A DNA stretch of 64,000 nucleotides. Source: Octopus sinensis (taxonomy: Eukaryota). Below the pieces are notes generated by a model that worked only from the letters and a program-made list of their open reading frames with translations, searched no databases and was not told the origin of the DNA. A program made the position numbers and the translations under genes. This document shows, piece after piece, positions 23,450-37,046 of this stretch (its first letter is position 1; every line of letters starts with the position of its first letter). The DNA lies in the NCBI RefSeq assembly GCF_006345805.1, contig NC_042998.1, forward strand, positions 162,378,001 through 162,442,000, written 5' to 3'.

Positions 23450-25125
23450 GAATTCTCAGAGCACCAGACAAAACAGCATGTGGAATATTTGTACTGACTT
23501 TCGAAATTTTGTCAAATTGTGTCAAATGAAAAATTCTTGGTTTGCTAAAACTTGGAAAAATTGGAACTGGCTGCTAGTTCCTACAACTTAAGAGCATTGT
23601 ATGATAATCTGAAAGGTGTATTTGGTCCCCAAAACGGTCATACAGAACATATTCTTCCTAATGATTAGTTAAAATGCTTAAGTAGTAAAGAATAAATTCT
23701 AAAAAGATGGGCTGAGTATATCAATTCTGTGTTAAATCAAGAATTCACTACTGATCCTAAAGTAATCAATGAAATCCTTCAGTGGTATATAATTGAGGAA
23801 CTTGTGGTAAAGTTCCTAGACAAGGCGATATTCCCATAGAAATGTACAAGCACGGTGGTAGACAACTTATAAGAAACTGCACAAATAAATCTGTTTGATC
23901 TGGGAAACTGGATCTATTCCCCAACAGTTCAAGGATGTATCTATAATGCACTTGTACAAAAACAAGGGGAAGAAGAGTGTATGGGATAATCACAGAGGAA
24001 TAGTTTTGTTGTGTGTATCTGGAAAAATTCTTGTGATGGTTATTCTTAACCACATCAATAAGCATGTAGTAAACAGCATATATTCTGAATTTCAATGTGG
24101 ATTTCAAGCTGGGAGAGGCACAGTTGAGACATGGTTTTTGCTCTTAGGTAAGTTCAAGAGAAAGCACATGAGCAAAATACTGACTTCAACATGGTCTTTG
24201 TTGACTTGACTAAGGCTTTTGATACAGTGAATCATGAAACACTGAAAATTCTTGTCAAAAGTTGGTCTTCCTGATAAAATAAGGGTAATTATATCTTTGC
24301 TCGAAGAAATGATAACAACAGTGATATCTAATGGTCAATGTTTGGAGGAAGGGCTATTTTTAGCTTCTGTACACTTCATCATATTCTTTTCAATGATGCT
24401 CCAACATGTGTTTAAGGATTACCACAAAGGTGTAAAATTTCAGTTCCTCACAGACAGAGGTTTACTAAACCTAAATGGGCAAACTTTCAGATCAAAGAAA
24501 AAGACAAGGGAAGAGATTCTACATTATTTTCTGTTTGCTGGTGATTGTGCTTTGATTTCTCATACATTTGAAGGAATTCAGGAAGTAATTGATAGGTTTG
24601 CTGTGGCAGCTCATGCATTTGGGCTGACTATCAGCATTAAGAACACTGAAGTTTTATTCCAACGAAAGCGTGGGACAGAACATACTCAAGATACAATGTG
24701 ATGATTGACAATAAGCCAATTAAACAGGCCAGGTCATTTAAATACCTTGGAAGTATGGTAAACGTTAAGAGTACCCCAGATGATGAAATCAATGTAAGAA
24801 TATCTAGGCTACAAGTGCTATGGGAAAACCTTTCCTAGTGTTTGTGGGGTGAACGCAGTGTTAGTTTGAAAACTAAGGTAAGTGTATAGAAATCTTGTAT
24901 TTGGAGCACACTTTTGTATGGAGCAGAAGTAGGGATTCTCAACTGCAGATATTTAAAGAAACTTGAAACTTTTCACATGCACCGTCTGTGCAATATCTGC
25001 AACATAAAATGGCAAGATAAGATATCAAATGTCAAAATTTTAGTAAAATGTGATATCTCCAGTATTGAAAGTATGCTGTTGAGAATTCAGAGCAGATGGG
25101 CAAGACATGTTGTTTGAATGCAAGA
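23450..25125 (+). mobile_element. Decayed RTE-BovB-like LINE ORF2 (reverse transcriptase)
   Basis: QMKNSW...ILKRWAEY; WETGSIPQQFKDVSIMHLYKNKG...DNHRGIVLL...EFQCGF; VFVDLTKAFD; LFAGD (LFADD); ISIKNTEVL; FKYLGS; YGAEVG...FHMHRL...KWQDKISN...RWARHV; many stops and frameshifts. Confidence 0.92.
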
Positions 25126-25129
25126 TATG

Positions 25130-25262
25130 ACTGTTGGAATAATTGTTGTCTTGGTCTTCTACAGTTTCCTCAGCTCTCTCTCTAAATCCGGACATCTCTC
25201 GATTTTTTTCAATTTCTTTGGTACCAACCCTGCTATCATAGGGAATTGCAAAATCTATCCTC
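25130..25262 (-). mobile_element. R4/Dong-clade LINE fragment (restriction-like endonuclease region)
   Basis: IDFAIPYDSRVGTKEIEK-ERCPDLERELRKL*KTKTTIIP matches the D-x-A-I-P-x-D...EK..KY.DL..E RLE pattern. Confidence 0.75.
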
Positions 25263-25384
<122 letters not shown>

Positions 25385-25387
25385 GTA

Positions 25388-25597
25388 AATGGTAAGCTGG
25401 TAGAATTATTAGCACATTGGACAAAATGCTTAGTAGAGTTTCATCCATCTTTACATTCAGTGTCTAAATTCTGCCAAAGTTGACTTTGCTTTTCAACCTT
25501 TTGGTGTTGATAAAATAAGTACCAGTTAAGTACTGGGGTTGATGTAATCAATTTCTTCCACCCTTCAATAACAGCTGGTTCTGAAATTTTGAAACCG
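25388..25597 (+). mobile_element. SINE family B
   Basis: GACTTTGCTTTTCAACCTTTTGGTGTTGATAAAATAAGTACCAG core; between trinucleotide arrays. Confidence 0.8.
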
Positions 25598-25599
25598 TT

Positions 25600-25692
<93 letters not shown>

Positions 25693-26171
25693 GAGAGAGC
25701 AGTGCATGCCATCAAAGTGACACTGGGGTAAAATATACGAAGCCCAGTATAACCATCATGACTATCTTTCTGATAAAAGTACACCAGGCACATGCATCAC
25801 AGCCATATGTGTATGACATGGTGATCTTATATCAAGATAAACAGTGCATGACCTTGCAGGTGGGGCTCAGTTAGAATTTTCTTCAGGTCAAGTAGTCCAT
25901 CTCACTCAAATGGTCCTTGAATAAGGTTTGTTTAAGTATGTTGAATGAAACACCCATGTTTCCAGAGGTGAATTATTCAAACTCCAAAGAATTCCTCTCA
26001 ACATATGGCTATGATGTTCCCCCACTACTTCTGCCATTAAGGGACATGTTTAACCGGTAATGGTCAAACAACTGACAAGCAAATCTGTGGTATTGAGCAG
26101 AATATTTGCTGTAGCTCATCTTTTATACCAAGACAAAACAATGTACATGATAACACTGCCAATCAGTTAAC
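25693..26171. mobile_element. Interspersed repeat flanked on both sides by (TAT)n; possibly a Dong-type LINE 3' UTR (minus strand)
   Basis: Higher-complexity block bounded by TAA arrays; family assignment from memory and Dong TAA-targeting only, no coding evidence. Confidence 0.35.
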
Positions 26172-26184
26172 ATTATTATTATTA

Positions 26185-26269
<85 letters not shown>

Positions 26270-26276
26270 CATCATT

Positions 26277-26488
26277 AAGGTGGTGATCCAGCAGAATTGT
26301 TTGCATGCCTAGCAAAATACTTAGTGACATTTCATCCATCTTTATACTCTGAGTTTAAATTCCACCATGGTGGACTTTGCCTTTCATCCTTTCGGGGTCC
26401 ATAAAATAAGTACCAGTTATGTACTGGGGTTGATGTAATCGACTCATTCTCTCCCCAAAATCGCTAGCTTTGAGCCAAAATTTTAAAT
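26277..26488 (+). mobile_element. SINE family B
   Basis: GGACTTTGCCTTTCATCCTTTCGGGGTCCATAAAATAAGTACCAG core; (TAT)n on both sides. Confidence 0.85.
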
Positions 26489-26500
26489 CATTATTATTAC

Positions 26501-26561
<61 letters not shown>

Positions 26562-26812
26562 GTTGTTGTTGTTATTGTTTTTCCCTTACATTTTGAGTTC
26601 ACATCCTGCCATGGTCAATTTTGTTTTTAAAACCTTCATGGTTGATTGATTATTCAAAACGTAGAAAAGAATAGAAATGGACGCACACGCATGTGCGCAC
26701 ACATACACACACATACACACACAGAATGGTAGCCGGCAGAACTGTTAGAGTATCAGATGGGAGGGGAAAAAACAATCTCATAATATTTGGTTATATCTAT
26801 AATAGCACTATT

Positions 26813-26832
26813 ACTACTACTACTACTACTAC

Positions 26833-26879
<47 letters not shown>

Positions 26880-26945
26880 GTAATAGTAATAGTAATAATA
26901 ATAATAATAATGATAATAATAATAATAATAATAATAATGATAATT
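26813..26945. repeat. (TAC)/(TAA)/(TAG) compound microsatellite
   Basis: Direct sequence. Confidence 0.95.
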
Positions 26946-27223
26946 TTTTTTATTTGGCATGAGGGCTGATGGATGAGGGAGACAATGCAAAGATAGACAT
27001 AGAGTGTGGGATTTACATAGACTGGAATAATAATAATGATAAATAAAAAAATAAACAAATGTGAATAAGAATTAACAATTGTAAAACTGTTACCAATAAA
27101 TGAAATATGAATAACTATGTAGATAGCTTACTGTGTCTTCCATTATGAGCTTCATCAGCATAACAAAATTTAGTTCCAAGGTATAAAATAAAAATGAGAA
27201 CACTCCCTACAAAAAATAAAATA

Positions 27224-27286
27224 ACAACAACAACAACAATAATAATAATAATAATAATGTTAATAATAATAATGGTAATAATAATA

Positions 27287-27339
<53 letters not shown>

Positions 27340-27351
27340 TTAATAATAATA

Positions 27352-27447
<96 letters not shown>

Positions 27448-27471
27448 TTAATAATAATAATAATAATAAAC

Positions 27472-27507
<36 letters not shown>

Positions 27508-27534
27508 TTAATATTAATAATAATAATAATAAAC

Positions 27535-27588
<54 letters not shown>

Positions 27589-27612
27589 TTAATATTAATA
27601 ATAATAATAAAC

Positions 27613-27665
<53 letters not shown>

Positions 27666-27672
27666 AACAACA
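27224..27672. repeat. ~450-bp (AAT)n array with recurring variant units
   Basis: Interruptions AATATTAATA and AATAAACATAAT recur periodically. Confidence 0.95.
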
Positions 27673-28199
27673 ACAAAAAAATTAGAAAAGTGGAAAAGCT
27701 AAAGTCTAAAGATAGAATCAGCAATCAGTTTGCAATCTGCTTTATCTGACCGATATTGAAAAATATCTGTAGACTTTCCCTAACATTAGTCTGAACTTTA
27801 TTGAATAACTCAAAATGGCTTGTGAAGCAGGTTTGCCTTTATTTGTTAATACACCTACTCATAGGAGATGGTAGCTGGTGGGGGGAGAGTAAACATTTAT
27901 AATTTAGCGACACTTTGATATGGAGGTGAAGTTGGGACATGTGTGTGTGTGTGTGTGTGCGTGTGCATGTGTGTGCGCATGTGTGTGCATGTGTGCATGT
28001 GTGCATGTGTGTGTGTGTGTGTGTGTGTAAGTGTGTGTAAGTGTGTGGTTTGTTTTCAGGCAAGAAAGAAAAGAAGCTTGTTACTACGGTTACATGCTAA
28101 CTTGATAAAAATGGCTGGTGGCAGCATTTTGGAACTATGTCTGTCTCTTGTGTTAATATACATATAATACTCATTTTTTTTGCTTTTATTTCTGATCAA

Positions 28200-28256
<57 letters not shown>

Positions 28257-29584
28257 TACGTTAATGCAAAGCAAAAGAGTAAAAAAAAAACGAGAAATAA
28301 ACATGTGTCCCATGATAATTTGGCAAATATTCATTGAGTTTTACCATAAATAAAAAATAAATTAAACAAAGGAAACTTTACAGTTGATATTTCTAGAGAC
28401 TAGAGTACAATGTCCAGTTTTAAGTATTTGGCTTTGTTTTATTATTTTTGTTTTAAAATTTTTAGTTTTAGAGAGATGAGATTGAATTCCTAATCCTGCT
28501 CTAGAATACAAAACAGCCATTGAGTACTGAATTGTCTGGCATACACGTCAATGTAGCATAGCATGTAAACATGTAGTGTAAACATTCAAACATCATCACT
28601 ATTTACCCAAACTCTGCTTGATTTCACATAGAATTCTTGGTTCTCTAAAGTCATCTTGATGTATAGTCAACCTACCTTTTTTGCTTGTAAATTATGGTCT
28701 AAAAAAATTCAACTTGTAAGCTGGAATGGAAAATACTGTATATTGAGCTCTCCTAACTTGTAAGAGGTGCCATGCCAACTTGCTTCTGGTCAACTCATCT
28801 GGTTCTATGATAGACACTTCCTAATTTAAAGAGATCTACATTACAACCTTCAGATAAAATTTCTCTTCAGTTATGTCCCAAACACCAACTTAATAACCAC
28901 AAGGTTATTCTACTAAATTCTTTATTTTCAAAATTATATGAAACAAATCTAGTTCATTTCAGCAGAAATTTGGCAACAGAGTGATTAATGGTCTAGAGAG
29001 AGGAGGAATAGTTAACATCTAAGACCCTTTTCATAAATCCCTACCTGTATCACTTTATAATTTAAAAAATTATTACAGTGTCAACAATAGAAGGCAAATT
29101 AGTAGGGCTGTTACATTATTGGATAGAGTGACTTATAACATTCGTTCTAAGTCTCAGTGTTTGAGTTCAGTTCTTATCAAGGTTAAATTTGCTTTATAGC
29201 CTTTTGGAGATAAAAATAAATATTAATCCATGACAGGGGATTGGCAGAACTGAAAGAACATCCTGCTGGATACCTTATGGTATTTCATATAGATCTTTGT
29301 ATCCTGAGTTCAAATCTCACCGTAGTCTACGTCAATGGTAGATTCATTTATTTATTCAGCTTAATACCAGCATCTGCTACCTTGGGTGCTGTTAGTAAGA
29401 CCACTCTGCCACTAGCAATCACTTTAGGTCTATAGTTTGGGGATACCTGCCACCACCTCTCTCTTCACCAGTCATAGAGTTGTTATAAAGGGTCATGGCT
29501 ACTGCCTTATCTTCTGACTAAAAGATGTGAAAAAAAGAGATATCTCAAAATTCATTTAATGCTAAATGCTATCTTCACAGACAC

Positions 29585-29765
29585 AGGTATGGCTATATGT
29601 ACAGGTATTGTTGTGTGGTTAAGAAGATTGCTTCCCAATCATGTGGTCTCATGTTCCATCTTACAATATTGCATCGTGAGCAATTGTCTTCAACTATTTC
29701 CTTGGGCCAACCAAAGCCTTGTGAGTGAACTTGGTAGACAGAAACTGGTAGAAGCTCATTGTATA
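29585..29765 (+). mobile_element. SINE family A head/core
   Basis: GTGTGGTTAAGAAGATTGCTTCCCAATCATGTGG...CCAAAGCCTTGTGAGTGAACTTGGTAGACAGAAACTG. Confidence 0.65.
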
Positions 29766-30214
29766 TACGGTTTCAAATATGTATCAACCTCATAAAAATA
29801 ATATTGCTCATTTATGGCTTTCTGTTAAAAGCACATCTGATCATGAAGAAATATTATCTCATATGAAAACAGGTAATGGTTGGTGACAGGAAAGGTATGC
29901 ACCTGCAGAAAATTTGCTTCTACAAAATTCTGTCTGACTCATGCAAGTATGAATAAGTAGATAATAAACGATGATTGCAATGATAATGAATATTAGACAA
30001 CTCACTGTAATATGCTGATATATATAATTATGCCTACCATTTATAACATGCAATTGAGTTTTCTTTAATTTGGCCTGTAAAGCAGATAGCTAAACACACC
30101 TAAAATCGAGCAGTTCCTTTTAGTCTTGTATCTTTGAGAACTTATCACTCTCTTTGTTGCTGATGCTATGAAAAATAATAAAATGTACCCTGTACGCTAA
30201 TCTATGAAGTGATT

Positions 30215-30360
30215 GGTAAGAGAAAGGCTGTCCAGTGATAGAAACCAAACCAAAATGATAGATGCAACCATTAGTATATAAGAGCAGTGGCACATAAAAG
30301 AAATTACTTGGATTATGACAACTCACCCAACCCATGCTAGCTTGGAAATGATAATGATGA
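30215..30360 (+). mobile_element. Old RTE 3'-end fragment
   Basis: CCAACCCATGCTAGCTTGGAAA...GAT-like tail. Confidence 0.55.
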
Positions 30361-30521
30361 CAGTGATGAGTGATGAACTTTTGTAAATAGTATTACTGAC
30401 ACCCTTTGTAGTCATTATTGAAAGAAGTTGCCTTTAAGACATAGAATTGACATGAATGAGTGCAATAAAATCATTAAAGGCATACAAGGGCCAAGTGGTT
30501 TGTTAAACTTAATACACAATA

Positions 30522-30676
30522 TTCTTTCACTTGTTTCAGTCATTTGACTGCAGCCATGCTGGAGCACTACCTTTAGTCAAACAAATCTACTCCAGGATTT
30601 CTCCTGTATAAGCCTAGTACTTATTCTATCGGTCTCTTTTACCGAACCACTAAGTTACAGGGATATAAACACACCA
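30522..30676 (-). mobile_element. SINE family A tail
   Basis: TTGTTTCAGTCATTTGACTGCAGCCATGCTGGAGCAC. Confidence 0.75.
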
Positions 30677-32069
30677 TGTTACAACATGGCTTCATCAATG
30701 CAATAAAGTCATCTAAATTGGAATATAAACATATGCTATATTTTTTTAAATGCTGTTTGACACCACTAGAAATAGTAATCTTGCCTTAAGGTGTCAAAAT
30801 CATAATATCTGACTGGCAGATGATGAGATAAATTCCTAAGATAAGTGAAGTGTGTTTTGCATTCTCACATCAATAACTCTGTTCATTGTTACTGTTCAGT
30901 TTGAAATATTTCTTGTACCCAGAAGAGTGTTGATTTTTATTTATTTCACTATAATTCATTGATATGGTATAAATTTTGAATATGGTCAGAATAAATATTA
31001 GGATGCTACACTGTTCTAGTTAGTTATAGTTTGTTAGGATTATAACATCAAACTTTAGATATGAAGCAAGTATATAACAAAATATCTACATTTATAAATT
31101 TTTACACACTTACAAAACTTGTTCAGAGATATTTTCAACACAACAAATTTTTAGTCCAACAAGAAAGTCTCATTGGAGTCTGCCAACCTACTAGAAATAA
31201 AAACTAACTTCCCTCTGATTGCAACTGTGCTCTCTTAATAAAAAAGACAAAAGCAAAGTATAACTAGAGCATATATAGTAAAAAGATATGATGTCATGGC
31301 TGGAATGCTTTTGATCAACTGGTTGTCTGCTGAACTGGAAGTGACTTAGGGCTAAAGAAATAGAATAACAGGAGCATGCAACACAGAATTATAGAACAAC
31401 AAAAATAAATAAAATGTCCAAAGTGGATGGAAGATGGCAGAACTGGTAAAAACATCATACAACATATCCTGTTCCTTAATGATAATGTTGACAAAACAGT
31501 CATCAATTCATCAATCGATTTGCCTTAATATGATGTTTAAAGCAAGAATGGTTGGCAGTGAGCCATTACTTCATTCCATATACATCTCAAATTTCAAACT
31601 TTGCATGAATTTCTCTGATAAGATATATTTCTTGCTCTTGCTCCTTGGTCGTTTTGTAATTCAATACCATATTATCCAAAAACAAAACCATGTAATACAT
31701 GACAATTCCATTGTTGTTAATAATTAGTATTATATTTATTGTTGTTGCTTTTGTCAAGTTACACTTTTCTTCTCTCTTTCTTTCCTGCTTTTCTTCTAAG
31801 TATACCAATTTTTTTAGACTCACCTTACAACTTCCACCATAACCTCATATCAATTTTATTGTTATTCAACAACATCAATTTGAATTTTCAGGAGTTAATA
31901 GCAATTATTCTATAATTCATATATCACATGATTGTTTGGGAGGGATTCTTCTGAAGATTCGTTTGGTTGAATGTTGATGATAATTAATCATGGATAAAAA
32001 GGATACCACAGATAATATGTGCGTAATATAGTACCGGAATGTGAATGCTTATCTGTGTGTGTGGGTGTA

Positions 32070-32112
<43 letters not shown>

Positions 32113-32116
32113 TGTG

Positions 32117-32157
<41 letters not shown>

Positions 32158-32312
32158 TATGAATGTGCAAGGATGGGTCTCGGGTTATCAGGTTAAAATA
32201 TGAAAGAAATAGTTGTTAACTATTATGCTTATGTATATATATATGTCTCTCTCTTTCCCCCCCTCTCTCTCTCTATCTATCTATCTATATATATAGAGAG
32301 ATAGATAGATAA

Positions 32313-32345
<33 letters not shown>

Positions 32346-32394
32346 CAAACTTACTTGGAAATGGATGTATGGTGTTCAATCTTTTAATAATATA

Positions 32395-32463
<69 letters not shown>

Positions 32464-32469
32464 GCATAT

Positions 32470-32760
32470 ATACATACATATATGTACATACTTACATATA
32501 TATAATACATATATAAATATGCATATATGGGTACAGGATGTCACAAAACATAAACAACATGAATTACGAAATATGAAAACAACATGAAATACAAAGGCAA
32601 TCTCGGTTATGCGAACAACGAGAGAAACAGATGGAGTAACATAAAGAACAACCCTTCATCAGTTGTTGGCTGTTCATCTACTCCACATTTCAAGCAATTA
32701 ACAACAATATGAGGTTTCATAAAACAGTTGCAACCATGAAGCAAAATAAAATTTGGGATT
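32470..32760. repeat. Dispersed repeat family also at 37160-37250 and 57905-58130 (class unknown, possibly Penelope pLTR)
   Basis: Shared TACATACATATATGTACATAC...GCATATATGGGTACAGGA and, in two copies, CCCTTC(A/T)TCAGTTG. Confidence 0.6.
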
Positions 32761-33340
32761 TGCAGAGGGTGAAAGTTGGTAACAAAAACTAGACAGTGGA
32801 GACATACAACAAACCAAATGAAAACACAGATGGAGAGCTCTTAGGACAGACGAGGTAAGGTAGCAAACACTGGAATATTCTTTGACAAGAGAAAAGATAG
32901 GAGAGGAGACAGATAAGAATGAGTCTGGTCTGTGCGACAGACTGAAGAAAAAGAAAGATGATCACGTGAGGAAAAGAAAGATGGGCGATGGACACATGTG
33001 AACAATACAGGAGAGTAAACGAGAAAGAAGGAGAGAGGGAGAGAGAGAGACAGACATACAGATAGAAAATGGTGAAGGAGAGAAAAAGGAATTAGAGAAA
33101 GGATGATAGAGAAAACGAAACGGGGAAAGAGAGAGATGCATACACACATATATATATATATATATATATAGCAAGTGGATTTCCACCTCAGCATCCGAAA
33201 CTCGGAGTTTTATCATGGCTACCGAATAATTGTCACATATTACATTTACGGATTAATTCCTCTATTTACATAATATCGAGGTCTCTTTCATTCTTTTGTT
33301 GTCTTACCATTTTTATCAATATATATATATGCATATATTA

Positions 33341-33501
33341 TGGGTCTCTTTTAGTTTCTATTCTCTACATATAATCACAAGGCCATGGTCAGCCAGCAGC
33401 TATTTAAGATGACTCTTACCCAAGGTGTCACACAGTGGAATTGAACCCAGAACTGCATAGTTGAGAAGTGAGCTTTTTATCCACACAGTCATGCCTGCAC
33501 C
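33341..33501 (-). mobile_element. SINE family A head/core
   Basis: CCCAAGGTGTCACACAGTGGAATTGAACCCAGAAC reversed B box and core. Confidence 0.65.
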
Positions 33502-33672
33502 AACATTGACAACATAAGAATTTATAAACTTTCAAGAGAAAGTTTTTTTGTTTTCTTTTTCTTATATATATGTACGTGTATATATATGGATGCATGTGTT
33601 TGTGTCAATATATGTATGTATGTATGAGCAAATTAATATATGTAATTTTGTGTATGTGTACATATATATACA

Positions 33673-33715
<43 letters not shown>

Positions 33716-34116
33716 ATATATATATCTCATGAAATGTCTCTGACTCACTCTCCCTCTTTCCTTCTTTTATCTTCTAATGGTGCAGCTATCCATATTCTTC
33801 ACTCTCCTTCCATCCTCCTGTCTGTCTGTCTTTCTCTTGCTCTCCCTCTTTCTCTCTCTCCCTCTAATAGATTTTACATTGTCTACTGTCTTCTTACACT
33901 ATTTTCTTCCTCACCATGTTTATAATATTCTCTCACAAGATCTCCTTTCTCTCTTTCTTCTCTTCCTTCTCCTTCTTCTCTTCCTCCTCTTTCAGATCAC
34001 TTTGTCGTTTTCCTTCACATGTAATTTTCTCCTTCCTTCTTTAAATGTTTCTCTCTCATTCATGAAGACTTCCTTGTCTCATTTCTCTCACTCAATTGTT
34101 GAATAACTCCATCCAG

Positions 34117-34500
34117 CTCTTCTTCTTCTTCTTCTTCTTCTTCTTCTTCTTCTTCTTCTTCTTCTTCTTCTTCTTCTTCTTCTTCTTCTCCTCCTCCTCC
34201 TCCTCTTCTTCTTCTTCTCCTTCTCCTTCTTCTTCTTCTCTTCTTCTTCTTCTTCTTCTTCTTCTTCTTCTTCTTCTTCTTCTTCTTCTCCTTCTTCTTC
34301 TTCTTCTTCTCTCTTCTTCTTCTTCTCCTCCTCCTCCTCCCCCCTCCTTTTTTTTCTACTTCTTTCTTTTTGTTCTTCTTTCTCAACCCCTCATCTTCCT
34401 TCTTCCTCCTCCTTCTCCTTTTTCTTCTTCCTCCTACTCTCCCACCCCTCCTCATTCTTCTTCTTCTTCTAGTCCTCCTCCCCCTCCCCCCTCCTCCCGT
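34117..34500. repeat. (CTT)n/(CCT)n polypyrimidine array
   Basis: Direct sequence. Confidence 0.95.
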
Positions 34501-34824
34501 ATCACTATTGCCACCACAAATTCTTCCACAACAACCATCACCACCATCACCACTAGTTACCATGGCATGAGGGAATCAGCTCCATGTATTGGAGTTGATT
34601 CAATCAGCTGTAGCCCTCCCTCCGCCCATCTCTCCCCACTACTCAACTAAGTCTGAAGCTACGTGCCAATGTGAGAAATCATTACTTTTTGTTTAGGGTA
34701 GGATAGGGGTGCGATGCTTTTTTTTTCTCTATCTTTTTGAAAATGTCCTTGAGAAATGTAGAATTTCCTTCTATCACAAATTCAAAATCTCCCTTCTGTC
34801 TAAAAGTAAAACAAAAAATACGTC

Positions 34825-35152
34825 ATTACCATCATCATCATTATCCTTACCTTCATCATTATTATCATCATCATTGATGTCTGCATCATCATCATCATAA
34901 TCATCATCATTGTTGTCATCTTTGTCATCATTACTGCTGTTATCATCAGCCAATCGTTGTCATCATCATCATGATCATCATCATCACCGCTATCATCATC
35001 ACCACCACCATGATGATGATCATCATCATCTTCATCATGATCATCATGATCATTATCATCACCACCATCATCATCATTGTTGTCATCGTTGTCATCATCA
35101 CCATCAATCATCATCATCATCATTATCATCATCACCACCACCACCACCATCA
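34825..35152. repeat. Imperfect (CAT)n/(CAC)n array
   Basis: Direct sequence. Confidence 0.9.
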
Positions 35153-35544
35153 CATTCTGCAATATTAGTTGTTCTGCAGTAACAAACAAGTGAGTGACAT
35201 CTCCCCTCCTCCACTGAAGAATTCATTACACAGTTTTTTTTTGTCTTTTTTTTTTGTTCTTGCTTTTCTTTTAGCTGAAAGACACAAATAAGACAATGCA
35301 AATACTGAGCACTGCATTTCATAAACTGTTCATATATGGGGTAAGAATTTGATCCTTTTATACCCTATTAGCTGAAACTGTCTTATGAAGATGAAGCGAA
35401 AACATGGAATGGCTTCTTAGTAACATTCAGTCATTAGGCATCATCTCCTTTCTGCAGATTTGAATATCAAGGATCTCCATTCGGGTCTATCCTCAACCGT
35501 AATTACACAAGCAGCACCATGTGACAAATCAGTTCAGTCCTTAA

Positions 35545-35713
35545 CCCTTTAGTGGTTAAACCAGCCACATCTAGCCAAAACCTTACAATGTCATTCTAAA
35601 AATAAACAATCATATCGCTGAAATCTCAAAGCTACAAGGGGATGTATGACTAATTCATATCAATGTGAGTAAATAAGCATTACATTTGACTAAGAAATCT
35701 GAATGCTAAAGGA
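35545..35713. mobile_element. piggyBac-like MITE
   Basis: TTAA|CCCTTTAG ... GCTAAAGGA|TTAA (TTAA at 35541-44 and 35714-17); same family as 15616-15797. Confidence 0.7.
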
Positions 35714-35914
35714 TTAATGATATCAAATGAGTTTGTTCTAGGTCTTCCTCTCATTTGCCATTTCTTCTTTCCTTCTAGGAATAAACTTTCTGTATCAGAT
35801 TAGGGTGGTATATAAAAAAAGCTGTGGAGCCACGAAGAAGGCCAGCATGAGCTAAACTGAAAATTGTGTATTGAAACAAAAATTTAAACAAGACATGAAC
35901 AAATAAAAAGAAGA

Positions 35915-36092
35915 AAGAAAGAAAAAGCATGGAAGGAAAAAAATAATGTACAGCCAGTTTGTAAGAGATGTGAATGCCAAGACAGATACAGAGGACCAAT
36001 GGCTGTGGATGAGGAGGAGTGACCTGAAGATAGAGACAGAAGCACTTATGTGTACAGCTCAGGTACAAGCATTAAGGACCAACTTCATTGAT
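35915..36092 (+). mobile_element. R4/Dong-clade LINE fragment (post-RT region before the zinc knuckle)
   Basis: KAWKEK-MYSQFVRDVNAKTDTEDQWLWMRRSDLKIETEALMCTAQVQALRTNFI, matching W.EK.LHGQ...W.W...LK.ETE..I.AAQ.QA..TN. Confidence 0.8.
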
Positions 36093-36142
36093 AATCTTAA
36101 AGCCAGAAATTTTTCAGCACCCCCTCATATATACATAAATAT

Positions 36143-36318
36143 ATTCTTTTATTTGTTTCAGTCATTTGACAGTGGTCATGCAGGAGCATAACCTTGAAGG
36201 GTTTTAAATCTGGTACTTATTCTATCAGTCACTTTTGTTAAACCGTTAAGTTAAGGGGTTGTAAACACACCAACACTGGTTGTCAAGTGGTGATCATGGG
36301 ACAGACACAGACACATAG

Positions 36319-36374
<56 letters not shown>

Positions 36375-36780
36375 ACACACGCACACACATATATATATAG
36401 AGAGATAGATAGATAAATACACATACACACACACACATGATGTGCTTCTTTCAGTTTCTTGTTTCTTTATTGCCCACAAGGGGCTAAACATAGAGGGGAC
36501 AAACAAGGACAAACAAAGGGATTAAGTCGATTACATCGATCCAGTACATAACTGGTACTTTATTTATCGACCCCGAAAGGATAAAAGGCAAAGTTGACCT
36601 CAGCTGAATTTGAACTCAGAATGTAATGGCAGACGAAATACTGCTAAGCATTTCACCTGGCATACTATCGTTTCTGCCAGCTCACCACCTTCTTTCAGTT
36701 TCTGCCTACCAAATCCAAGCACAGTGGAAACAAGCTTGTGGCTGGGAAACAAGCTTCTTACCACACAGCCACACCTATGC
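36143..36780 (-). mobile_element. SINE family A interrupted by a family B insertion
   Basis: Tail at 36143-36459 and head at 36689-36780 rejoin across a 15-bp TSD. Confidence 0.8.
36460..36688 (-). mobile_element. Young SINE family B with perfect 15-bp TSD
   Basis: CTTCTTTCAGTTTCT at 36445-36459 and 36689-36703; tRNA-like head GGTGGTGAGCTGGCAGAA, B box GAGTTCAAATTC. Confidence 0.9.
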
Positions 36781-36788
36781 TTACATGC

Positions 36789-37046
36789 AAAGGTGTGTAG
36801 CCTAGTGTTTAGGCTCTGCACTCACGATCACTAAATTGTGGGTTCATTTCCCAGGCTAGGCAGTGCATTGTATTCTTGAGCAAAACATTTCATTTCACGT
36901 TGTTCCAGTCTCCCTTTCGATCGAGGGAGGATGTTGGCCTTCTCGCCTAGCCAGTGGGGCAGCATCATTTGAAGGCTAAAACAATGCAAAATGCATTGTG
37001 ATCAGCAATCTGTAACAACGTCTGAAAGCCTGGTGAGTCACATGAT

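Noticed and set aside
22790-25125. Single RTE split by an inversion
   Set aside because: The minus fragment (WLRHII) and plus fragment (RWARHVV) overlap in homology, so they are separate copies
27207-27724. Long poly-I/L/N ORFs here and similar ones (11218-11508, 34060-34650, 34800-35189, 38105-38603, 47686-48894, 57630-58054, 63198-63584)
   Set aside because: They are translations of microsatellites that lack stops in some frames; no domain content
32640-32700. Hammerhead at minus-strand CTGATGA (and CTGAAGA at about 58090)
   Set aside because: No GAAA follows stem II, and the upstream GAAA is too close or unpaired for a type II fold
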